Source: an uncultured delta proteobacterium (GTDB taxonomy: Bacteria > Myxococcota_A > Polyangia > Polyangiales > Polyangiaceae). Taken from it: a DNA stretch of 64,000 nucleotides. The notes under the pieces were generated by a model. The model had not been told where the DNA came from. It worked only from the letters and a program-made list of their open reading frames with translations, and searched no databases. This document shows positions 31,959-42,000 of this stretch, in pieces. Within the stretch, counting starts at the first letter, position 1. Each line of letters opens with the position of its first letter. Location: positions 192,001-256,000 of the forward strand of contig CAVQUB010000032.1 in NCBI GenBank assembly GCA_963716725.1, read 5' to 3'. Position numbers and translations under genes: made by a program.

Positions 31959-33726
31959 TCAGGCCGCTCCGCCGCGCAGGCGCGCGGTCTCCGCCGCGTC
32001 GAGCTCGAAGCGTCTCGGGTCGACGCGCGACGCCGTAGACGCTCGCGCGCCGCCTCGACGCGAGACGATCCCGTCGCGCACCTCGCGCGCACCTTCTCGG
32101 CCGGCCGCTCGTGCGGGTCGCCGTAGCCGCCGCCGCCGCCGGCCTCCTGCACGTAGAGCGTGCCCGGCCGGGACGCCCTGCGACGAGGTCCTTGCTCGTC
32201 GGCGCGGTAGCGCGTGCCGTCCGGGTAGTCGCAGCTCGATCTTGTTGAGCGTGCCGTCGCCGCCGCCGAAGAGCCCGAAGGCCGGCTCGACGTCGCCGTC
32301 GCCGAAGGTGACGATCTGCGTGTCGTCGCCGCCGACGACGGTAGCGCGTCTCGACGCCGAGCCCGCCGCGGTGCTTGCCCGGCGCCCGCCGAGTCGCGGC
32401 AGGTACTCGTGCGTCGAGCAGGCGGTGCGGCGTCTGCTGCTCGAACATCTCGTAGTCCTGATCGAGCACGCCGCCCGAGGCGTCGATCATGCCGATGTGG
32501 TCGTAGCCGTCGCAGTCGCGCAGTCGCCCCCGAGCCGCCCTTGAGCCCCATGAAGAGGATGTCGACGTAGGTGTCGTCGCTTGCGCGGATCCCGGCCCGT
32601 CGACAGCGAGCAGAGCAGCTGGTTCCAGCCCGCGGTCACGCGCTCCGGGATCGACCGGCGCGAGCGCGCGGATGATGGCGTCGGCGTTCGGCGGGCAGAG
32701 GTGGTTGCCGAAGGTGGTCGCCGCCGGGTAGGCGGCGTTCAGGATCGTGCCCTCGGGGATGACGATCTCGATCGGCTGCGACCATCCCGTGGTTGTGCGG
32801 GATGTCGCGGGTTGACCATCTGCAGGAAGGTGAGGAGCGTCGCCGACGCGCTCGAGGTGTAGGTGCCGTTGACGAAGCCCGTTGGTCTGCGCGTCGGTGT
32901 CCGAGTAGTCGAAGCGTGATGTGCTCGTCCTCGACCGTGATCGTGACGCGGATCGTGTACGTCGAGCCCGGGTGTCTTGCCGTCGAAGTAGACCGTGGCT
33001 CTCGCCGCGGTAGACCCCGTTCGGGATGGCGCGGATCTCCGCCTCCATCATCTTGCGGGTCGACTCGAAGAGGGCCTGCTTGTGCGCCTCGAAGCGCTCG
33101 AGCCCGTACTTCTCGATCGAGCGCCGCGAGCCGCCGCTCGCCGACCGTGCAGCTGCCGATCTCGGCGCGCATGTCCTCCTGGACGATGGGCAGGCGGATG
33201 TTGGCGAAGATGAGGTCCCAGACGTCCTGGCGCAGCTTGCCGCGCTCGAAGACCTTCACCGCCGGGATGCGCAGCGCCTCCTGCCAGACCTCGGTGGCGT
33301 TCGGGTTGTAGCCGCCGCGCACGGCGCCGCCGATGTCGGCCTGGTGGCCCTTGGCGGCCGACCAGCCGACCAGCGTGTCGCCGACGAAGATGGGCTTGAA
33401 GGCCGCGACGTCGTTGTTCTGGTTGCCGAGCGAGAAGACGTCGTTGTGGAAGAAGACGTCGCCCGGGATAGACGTCGCCCGCGAACTTCTCGGCGATGTG
33501 CTGGCAGACCGGGCTCAGCGAGAAGCTGAGGATCGGCAGGTTCTCGGTCTGCTCGAGCATCCGCCCCTCGGCGTCGTAGAGGCCGGTGACGAAGTCGTGC
33601 GCCTCGCACAGGATCGGCGAGCGCGTGCGTCTTCTCCATGCTGATGCTCATCTCGTCGGTGATCGCCTTGAGCGCCCGGCCGATGATGGAGACGAGGACC
33701 TTGTCGATCGTCGATGCTGCGCTCAT
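31959..33726 (-). CDS. Hydantoinase B/oxoprolinase-family subunit, frameshifted
   Basis: AITDEM, GGYNPNATEVWQEALRIP, DYSDTD, PEGTILNAAYPAAT, GGGGGYGDP. Confidence 0.88.
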
Positions 33727-35869
33727 GTCGCGCCTCCCGTCGCGTCACGACGACAGCGTGCCGTAGCTCGTCGACCCGCGCCGTCGTAGCGCGGCGCTGA
33801 CGAAGATCGTCGTGTCGGTCCGCTCGATCAGCGCCGGGCCCGGGATCGCGTTGCCGGCCCGCAGCGCGTGGCCGTCGTAGACCGGGCACCTCCTCGAAGC
33901 GCGTCGCGCTCGGGCACGAAGGCGCGCCGCTGCGCCCTTGCGCGCGCGCTCGCGGCTCGGCGCCGCCCGCGCGCGAGCGTCGGCAGCGCCGGCTTCTCGA
34001 TCGCGGCCGACCGACCGCACGCGGACGTTGATCAGCTCGAGCGTCGGTGCCCTCGGCCGCGAGGTCGTAGCCGTAGAGCCGGTCGTGCTCGCGCGTGGAA
34101 GGCGCGCGGCGATCGCGGCGAGGTCGCCGCGCTCGATCGCGCTCGCGCGGCACCGGCACGCGTGACCTCGTGGTACTGCTTCACGTAGCGCAGGTCGAGG
34201 CGCGACCTCGTGGTCGCATGCGCTCGGCGGGCACGCCCTCGCGCGTCGCAGCTGCGCGTCGCCCTCGCGCGACCATCTCGTCGACGAGCGCGCGCGAGCC
34301 GCGCCGGGTCGAGGTCGCCGAAGCGGCGCGATGTAGGAGCGCACGAAGTCGTGCTGCAGGTCGCTCAGCAGCATGCCGGCGGCGCAGAGCACCGAGGCCG
34401 TCGGCGGGACGAGCAGCGACGGGGATCTCGAGCTCGCTGCGCGATCATGCAGGCGTGCAGCGCGCCCGCGCCGCCGGCCACGACCATCGGGAACTCGCGC
34501 GGGTCGAGGCCGCGCTTGACGGTGATCTCGCGCACGCCGTGCGCCATGTTGGCGTTGATCACGCGGTACATGCCCGCCGCCGCCGCCTCGACGTCGAGGC
34601 CCGAGCGGCTCGGCGACGTGCGTCTCGATGGCCGCGCGCGCGCGCGTCGGCGTCGAGCGCGCAGCTCGCCGCCGGCGAAGTAGCGCCGGGTCGAGGTAGC
34701 CGAGCACGAGGTTGGCGTCGGTGCAGGTCGGCCGCTCGCCGCCGCGGCCGTAGCAGGCCGGGCCCGGGATCGCGCCGGCCGACTGCGGGCCCATGCGCAG
34801 CAGCCCGCCCTCGTCGATCCAGCCGATGCTGCCGCCGCCCGCGCCGATCGTCGCGATGTCGAGCATCGGCAGCGCGATGCGCAGCCGGTCGATCTCGCCC
34901 TCGGCTTGCCAGCGCCGCCTGCGCCGCCGCGCACCAGCGAGGCGTCGAAGCTCGTGCCGCCCATGTCGACGACGATGCAGTCGTCGTCGCCGTGCGGCCC
35001 GGCGTACGCGACGGCCGCGCGCGGGCCCGCCGGCCGGGCCGCTGAGCAGAGCGTGCGTCGCCGGGCGCCGCGCGGTCGACCTCGGGCAGCGCGACGCCGC
35101 CGTTCGACTGCATGATGAGCAGCACGCCGCCGAAGCCCGGCCTCGGCGAGCTGCGCGGTCAGGCTGCGCGAGGTAGTCGCGCGAGCACCGGGCCGACGTA
35201 GGCGTTCGAGCACCGTCGTCGAGACGCGGTTGTAGAAGCGGACCGTCGGCAGCACCTCGCGACGAGACGCTCAGGAAGGCGTCCGGCAGCTCGCCGCGCA
35301 CGAGCTCGGCCGCCGCGCGCTCGTGCGCGGGGTTGGCGAAGGCGTTCATGAAGCAGATCGGCGACGGCCTCGACGCCCTCCGCGCGGAAGCAGCGCCGCG
35401 GCCTCGCGCACGTCGTCGAGCGTCGAGCGGCTCGAGCTCGGCGCCCCGCGTAGTCGAGGCGCCCGCGCACCGGCCGCCGCAGGTAGCGCGGCACGAGCGG
35501 CACGACGTTCTGGAAGCGGTTGTCGTACTGCTCCTCGCGGATGCCCGCGCCGCATCTCGAGCGCGTCGCGCACGCCCGTCGGTGGTGAGCGAGCCCGGTC
35601 TTGGCGCCGCGGCGCGTCAGCGTCGGCGTTCGTCGTGACGGTCGTGCCGTGCACGATGCGTGGTCGAGCCGCGCGCGAGCTCGGCGCTGCGACAGGCTCG
35701 AGCGCCTTGGCGACGGCGCCGAGCCCGTCGAGCACGCCGATGCACGGATCCTCGGGCGTCGACAGCACCTTGAAGCTCTGCACCTCGCCCGCGCTGGACC
35801 ACAGGAAGAGATCCGTGAAGGTGCCGCCGACGTCGATGCCGATCTTGTAGGTTTCGTGCGGTGCGTCAT
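33723..35869 (-). CDS. Hydantoinase A/oxoprolinase-family ATP-binding subunit, frameshifted
   Basis: [54 protein letters not shown]. Confidence 0.9.
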
Positions 35870-36501
35870 TGAACCGTCGCCTCTCTGGCGCTCGGGTGGG
35901 CTCGGCGGCGAACGCGTCGCGACCGAGGAGGAACGCCTTGCGGTTGAGCGTGGGCGAACTTCGTCCGCAGCGCTCGGCGATGGCTTCGAGCAGGGCGCCT
36001 TCGCCGACCGGCAAGAGCCCGAGTCCCGCTCGCAGCACCGAGCATCAGCACGTTGAGCGTGCGCGTCTCGCCGACCGCGCCGACGAGCGCCGGCGCGTCG
36101 AGCACGTGACACCTGACCTGCGACGCCTTGCAGCGTGCGCGACGATCGCGCTTCGGGTCCGGGGATGTCGCGTGTTCTCGAGGACGGCCTGGAATGGCAG
36201 CATGACGTGGCGGTTGGTCACCACCCGGGTGCGCCGGTCCCATCTCCGGGACGCGCGCGCAGCGCCTCGAGCGGCTCGAACGCAACCACCACGTCGACCT
36301 CGGGCCCCGCCGTGTGGGAGCTCTCGGCGCCGCCGAAGATCGCGGTGCAACGCACGCTGCCGCCGCGCTGGCTCATGCCGTGGAGCTGCCCGACGACCAC
36401 GGGCTTGCCCTCGGCGTGGGCCGCCATGCGCCGAGAATCTGCGCCGCGGCGAGCACGCCCTGCCCGCCGACGCCGACCAGCATGACCTGAAAGCGGGTCA
36501 C
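35866..36501 (-). CDS. iorB: Indolepyruvate:ferredoxin oxidoreductase beta subunit, frameshifted
   Basis: LVGVGGQGVL, HGMSQRGGSV, AFEPLEALR, LNVLMLGA, LNRKAF; GTGA and ATGA overlaps at both ends. Confidence 0.85.
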
Positions 36502-39500
36502 GGACACGAAGTCCCCTTCACCGTCGAGAGCGCCGGTTCGAGCATACGTCCGCGCAAACGCCGCAGCCGATGCACCACACGGGATCGATCACGACGTGCT
36601 CGCGGGTCGGGTCCATCACGATGGCCGGGCAGCCGAGGGCCTCGATGCAGGCGCGGCAGTTGCCGCACAGACCGCACTGCAGGCAGCGACGCGCTTCGGC
36701 ACGAGCGTCGGCAGCGGATAGCCCCTGCACGACCTCGTCCATGCTGCGAACCGCTCGCTCGCGGGCGAGCTCCTTCGGCGTGAGCCGGGGGGTCGGCGGC
36801 GCCTTGGCCGTCACCAGCGGGCGTTGCTTCGGCAGGGACGGCGGCGGACGACGATCGGCTGCGGTCGAACCGCGCAGCTCGCTGTCGATGCCCCACGCGG
36901 CGCGCAAGCCCCACGCGATGGCGCCCGTCACAGTGCGATCGCCCGCGACCAGATCGCCGCCCGCAAACACGCCCGCGCGCGAGGTGCGCCCCGTGAGCGG
37001 ATGCGCTCTGACGAGCCCGGCCTCGTCGACTTCGAGCCCCGTCGCGGCCAGCACTCTCGCATCCGGCTCCTGGCCGATGGCAACGATGACCAGATCACAG
37101 GCGAGCCGGAGCTCGCTGCCGTCCGCGAGGCCGGTGACGATCAGTGCGCCGTCGTCGAAGCGAAGGGGACGCACGCCGGTGCGAAGCGTGATGCCTTCGT
37201 GCTCGGCGGCGGTGATCTCGTCGCGCAGCGCCGGCATTGCGTTCAGCTCTTCGAGGCACGCGATGGTGACGCCTGTTGCGCCTCGACGCAGCGCGGTGCG
37301 CGCCGCGTCGACTGCGGCGTTGCCGCCGCCGATCACGACGACCTGTCGGCCCGCAGGCGCATCGGCGTCGAGGCGAATGGCGCGCAGATAACCCAGGGCA
37401 TCGATGCTGCGCGGGGCAGCGTCGCGATCGCTGCCCGGCAGCGCCAGGGTCTTGCTGCGATGGGCGCCGATGGCCAGAAACACGGCTCGGAAGTCCGCGC
37501 TCGAGATCGTCCAGGGAGATCTCGCGACCGAGGCGTTTTCCACCTTCGAAGCGGACTCCGAGGCGGAGCACGCGCTCGATGTCACGTGCGGACTGTGCCG
37601 CGGGCAGGCGGTACTCGGGGATGCCGTGGGTCAGGAGGCCGCCCGGCCGCGCCTCGGCGTCGAAGAGCGTGACGCTGTAGCCGCGCACCGCGAGCTCGTG
37701 GGCGGCGGACAGGCCCGCGACGCCCGGCGCCGATGATGGCGACCGCTGTTCCATGCGCCGGCTCCCTCGGCGTCTCGAGAAGGTCCGGGCGTTCGCGCTC
37801 GGCCCAGTCCACGACGAAGCGCTTCAGATCGTTGATCGCGACGGGCTCGTCGAGGCCGCGGCGGACGCAGCCGTCTTCGCAGGGTCGGTCGCAGACGCGA
37901 CACACCGAGCTCGGGCAGCGGCGTGCGCGCCATCACGTGCTGCAAGGCCTCGGCGTTTTCGCCAGCCGCGATGTGGCCCGCGTAGCCCTGAATGCACAGC
38001 GACAGCGGGCAGCGCTCGGCGCAAGGCGCGACGGATGACTCGAGATCGAGCGCGCCGCGCTGGCTGGCCACGCGCGCGAGGTTTCGCTCGAAGCCTTCGG
38101 TGATGGGCACGTCGCAGCGCAGGTGGTGCTCGGCGCGACCGCAGGTACGGCAGCGATCGGCGTCGGCAACGTAGGCCGGCGGCCGAGCGGCGGAGCCGGT
38201 GCGATCGCGACTCGGCCACCGGACAGGCGCGCCGCACCACGATCACGCTGGTGCCCTGGGCGCCGCGGGCGCGCCGAAAGGCCGCGCTCGAGGCCTCGAG
38301 CTGGTAGGGGTCGATGGTCTCGACGTGGCGGGCGCCGAGGGCGCGCGCCACGTCCTCGATGCGCTGCTCGCGGGTCGGGGCTCTCCTGGAAGCCCGTCAT
38401 CGCGGTGATCTCGTTGTCGAGCACGACCGCGACGACGTTGGCGTTCTCCTTGACCGCGTCGAGCAGCGCCGGCATGCCGGCGTGGAAGAAGGTCGAGTCG
38501 CCCATGAAGCCCACGGTGCGCTTGCCGGTGACCTTGGCGACGCCGGCGGCCAGAGTGAAGCCCGCGCCCATGCAGAGCAGCGCGTCGGCGGTGCTGAGCG
38601 GCGGCGCGTAGCCCAGCGTGTAGCAGCCGATGTCGTTGATGTAGAGCTGGTCTTCGTCGAACGCCGCGCGCGCCGCGACGAAGGCTGCGCGGTGCGGACA
38701 GCCTGGGCAGAGCGATGGCGCACGCACGGGGACCACCGGGCAGGGCTGGCTTCTTGCGTGGAAGCTCGCCGATGCCGGAAGCACCTCGAAGAGCGCGCGC
38801 TGGATGACCTCGGCGCTCGTACTCGAACTCCTCGGGCAGGTGCCCGGAGCGCTTGCCGAGGATCTTCGATGAGAGGCCGATGGCGCGCGCTGAGGGCGAG
38901 GAGCGCGTTCTCGAGGAACGGCGACAGCTCCTCGACGACCAGGACACGCTCGACTCCGCGCAGCGCGGTCGACGAGCTCGCGCTTCGGGCAGCGGATGCA
39001 CGGTGCCGAGCCGCCAGAGCGGCGACTCGGTCAGTCGCGCCGGCCAGCTCCAGCAGATCCGCGACTGGTCGCGGCCGGCGCGCCGGACGCGAGCACGACG
39101 TCAGGGCTCTGGCCCTCGGATGCGGAAGAAGCCCGACTCCGCCATCCACGCGCGGGCGATCTCGATGCGCTCCTTGAGCTCGAGGCGCATGCGCCGCGCG
39201 TTGGCCGGAACGGGCACGTAGCCGCGCCGGGTCGCGCACGAAGCCCGCCGACCTGACGCGGCGCGGAGCCGGTCCCAGCTCCACCGGGCCGCGCGTGTGC
39301 GCCACTCGCGTGGTGGTGCGAATCAGGACGGGCAAGCGACTCGCTTCGCACAGCTCGAAGGCCGCGCGGGTCATCGCATGGGCTTCGGCGGGCGTGCTCG
39401 GATCGAGGATCGGCAGGTGCAGCATCGGACCGAGGTGGCGCTGGTCGGCCTCGTTGGGGCTGGTGTGGCACGACGGATCGCCCGCGCTGATGATGACCAT

Positions 39501-39867
39501 GCCCGCCTCGACGCCGACGTACGGAATGGTCGAGATGCGGGTCACCGGCCACCATCAGGCCCAGGTGCTTCATCGCGGTCAGCGAGCGAGCACCGGCCAG
39601 GGCGGCGGCGAAGGCGAGCTCGAGGGCGATCTTCTCGTTGACCGAGTACTCGAAGGCGATCTCGCGCGCTTTCGCGATGCGCGCGAAGCCATCGGTGATC
39701 TCCGACGACGGCGTGCCGGGATAGCCCGCCACGAACACCACGCCGGCTTCTAGTGCGCCGCGCACGATGGCGTCGTTGCCGAGCAGGTGCACGACTCCAT
39801 CGGCACGGTCGTCCAGGAGTGGATCGCTTCGACCGGAGCTGCGAGCAACTGTGCTGTCTCGGTCCAC
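36498..39867 (-). CDS. iorA: IorA (indolepyruvate oxidoreductase alpha) with internal GltD-like FAD/NAD(P)/Fe-S module, frameshifted
   Basis: GYPGTPSSE, NEKIALE, MKHLG, LCPGCPHR, DIGCYTL, GDSTFFH, TAMTG; then APCAERCP, CRVCDRPCEDGC, IIGAG, GGGNAAVD, FAGGD; ends CLQCGLCGNCRAC...GCPAI...CIGCGVCADVC. Confidence 0.8.
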
Positions 39868-39901
39868 TCGACAGTCGTTCCACGCATCCGGGGGGACCTA
39901 C

Positions 39902-41431
39902 ATGACCCCGGTCATGTCGAGATTGACGCGGTGCATTGCGCCCGGGGTGGTAGCGTCTCTCTGGGTCGACGTGGCTTCGGTTTACCTGGGCGGGGTGCTG
40001 ACTGCTTGGTGCGTGACGCAACTGGCGTTGGGCGTGTTCTTCGCGCTCGTGCACCTCGTCGCTCGGCGTGAGCGCGACTTGCTCATCTACGGGGCCATGT
40101 GCTTGGCGCTGGCGTACCACAGCGCGAGCAGCGCCCGCGCGCACTTCGCCCTGACGGTCGCCGAGCGCTTCGACGCGGTCACCGGCGTGGTGCAGGCGGC
40201 GCTGATCACGGCCGCGTTGAACCTCCACTTCGTCGCGGCCTTCGTCGGGTGGCCGGGCCGTCGGCGCTGGCTCGTTGGCCTCTATGCCGCGGCGATTGGC
40301 TTCGAGGTCGCGGTCGCGCTCGGCCATTGGTGGCACCTCGACACCGCGGTCTTGTCCGAGGCTCGGCTCTTCGGATGGGAGTTCAGCCACTGGCGCGCCG
40401 AGCCGACCCCAGTGGCGAAGCTCGGCTTCGCCTGGGTGGGGATCCAGCTCGTGATTGCGCAAGCGGGGCTCTGTCGCGCCGCGATGAGCGGTCAACGCGA
40501 AGCGTACTTCGCCTTCGCAGGGGGCCTGACGGTCGTCGCGGCGGCGACGAATGACGTGCTGCTCAGCACCGGCGTGGTGAAGCACTCCCTCTACTTCGCG
40601 CCCCATGCGTTCATGCTGTACGCCTTCAGCGTCGCCAGCACCGTCGTGTTCCGCTATCGGAGGACCATCACCGAGCTGACCCGGACAGAGCGTGAGCTGC
40701 GCGCGGCGACCGACCAGTTGTCGGTGTCGCACCAGGAGCTCCGGGAGGTCCAAGACGAGCTCACCAAGAAAGAACAGCTCGCGGCGGTGGGCGAGCTCGC
40801 CGCGGCCATCGCCCACGAGGTGCGCAACCCCTTGGCGGTCATCAGCAACGCCGTCGCCGGGCTGAGGCGCCCCGCTGCCGTGGCCGCCGACCGAGAGGTG
40901 CTGCTCGACATCGTGAGCGAAGAGGCCAATCGACTGAACCATCTGGTGACCGACCTGCTCAGATTTGCCCGCCCGAGCTCCCTGAAGCGCTCGCGCATCG
41001 ATCTGGTCGAGCTGATCGAGCACACTCAGGTGCCGCTCGGTGAGCAGCACTCACTCGAAGTGCGCGCCGACGACAGCGCGCGCTTCGTCGAGGCCGATCA
41101 GAATCTCCTGCGGGCGGCCTTCGACAACGTGATCCTGAACGCAGCGCAGGCCACGCCGAAGGGTGGGACCATCGACGTCGAGGTCGAAGATGTCCAAGCG
41201 AATCGCGCGCCGGGCGTCTTGGTCACGCTCAGAGACTCCGGCGCCGGCATGGACGCCGCGACGGTGGCCCGGGCGCTCGACCCCTTCTTCACGACGCGCC
41301 CGAGCGGCACCGGTCTCGGTTTGCCCATCGTGCAGCGCGTCGTCCAGGCCCACGGCGGCCACTTGGAGCTCGAGAGCGAGAATGGCCGTGGCACGACGGT
41401 TCGCATCTGGTTGCCACGCACCGCGCCGTGA
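39902..41431 (+). CDS. Membrane sensor histidine kinase (multi-TM N-terminus)
   Basis: About 7 TM segments; H-box IAHEVRNPL; N-box NAAQA; DSGAGM, PFFTT, GTGLGL; start approximate. Confidence 0.92.
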   Translation: MTPVMSRLTRCIAPGVVASLWVDVASVYLGGVLTAWCVTQLALGVFFALVHLVARRERDLLIYGAMCLALAYHSASSARAHFALTVAERFDAVTGVVQAALITAALNLHFVAAFVGWPGRRRWLVGLYAAAIGFEVAVALGHWWHLDTAVLSEARLFGWEFSHWRAEPTPVAKLGFAWVGIQLVIAQAGLCRAAMSGQREAYFAFAGGLTVVAAATNDVLLSTGVVKHSLYFAPHAFMLYAFSVASTVVFRYRRTITELTRTERELRAATDQLSVSHQELREVQDELTKKEQLAAVGELAAAIAHEVRNPLAVISNAVAGLRRPAAVAADREVLLDIVSEEANRLNHLVTDLLRFARPSSLKRSRIDLVELIEHTQVPLGEQHSLEVRADDSARFVEADQNLLRAAFDNVILNAAQATPKGGTIDVEVEDVQANRAPGVLVTLRDSGAGMDAATVARALDPFFTTRPSGTGLGLPIVQRVVQAHGGHLELESENGRGTTVRIWLPRTAP

Positions 41432-41447
41432 TAGAAATCGGATCGCC

Positions 41448-41996
41448 ATGCTGGGACCCAAGCTCGCTGGACTGTGCAAGGATGACTTCGCCGACGGGGC
41501 GATTGTTCACTGGGCGAGGAGCCTCGCCACCGGCGCCGAGCTGACCCCGGAAGAGTGGGCTGTCGCCTCGGAGGTCGAGGCGGTCTTCGAGTGCATGTAC
41601 CTGATGGCTGCCGCGGACGGCGATCTCGGCAAAGACGAGCTGCTGCTGCTCTCGCAGACCCTGGAGGCGATCATTTCGAGCAGCGAGCGCGCGGGCGGAT
41701 CACGCTTCGAGTTGACGCTGCCGCTCTTGAAGCTGGGCGAGACGCTGGACCGGTTCTCGGGACTGCTGGCCGAGCAGGGCCTGCCGCGGCGCATCGAGAG
41801 CGTGGCGCGGCGGCTGGTGTCGGCCAAGAGCCGGGCGCTGGCGCTCAGCTTGGCCGCCGGCGTGGCGTTTGTGGACGACTTCGTCGCCGAGGGGGAGATG
41901 GAGTCCCTCGACGGGCTGGCTCGCGCGCTGGGCTTCGACCACGGCGACGCGCTCCGCGTGCTGCGCGAAGCTCACACCGCGCTCGCGTCCTCTTGA
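41448..41996 (+). CDS. TerB-like (tellurite resistance family) protein
   Basis: Paired motifs MAAADGDLGKDE and VAFVDDFVAEGE...LARALG. Confidence 0.7.
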   Translation: MLGPKLAGLCKDDFADGAIVHWARSLATGAELTPEEWAVASEVEAVFECMYLMAAADGDLGKDELLLLSQTLEAIISSSERAGGSRFELTLPLLKLGETLDRFSGLLAEQGLPRRIESVARRLVSAKSRALALSLAAGVAFVDDFVAEGEMESLDGLARALGFDHGDALRVLREAHTALASS

Positions 41997-42000
41997 CGAT

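Noticed and set aside
31959..35869. Acetone/acetophenone carboxylase or housekeeping 5-oxoprolinase
   Set aside because: No gamma or other carboxylase subunits; the surrounding mutase, CoA-transferase and IOR genes fit lactam hydrolysis better. Not excluded without phylogeny.
23940..39550. Programmed frameshifting, RNA editing or an alternative genetic code
   Set aside because: Shifts are numerous and irregular with no shared slippery motif, and neighbouring genes read normally in the standard code; an artefact is far more parsimonious.
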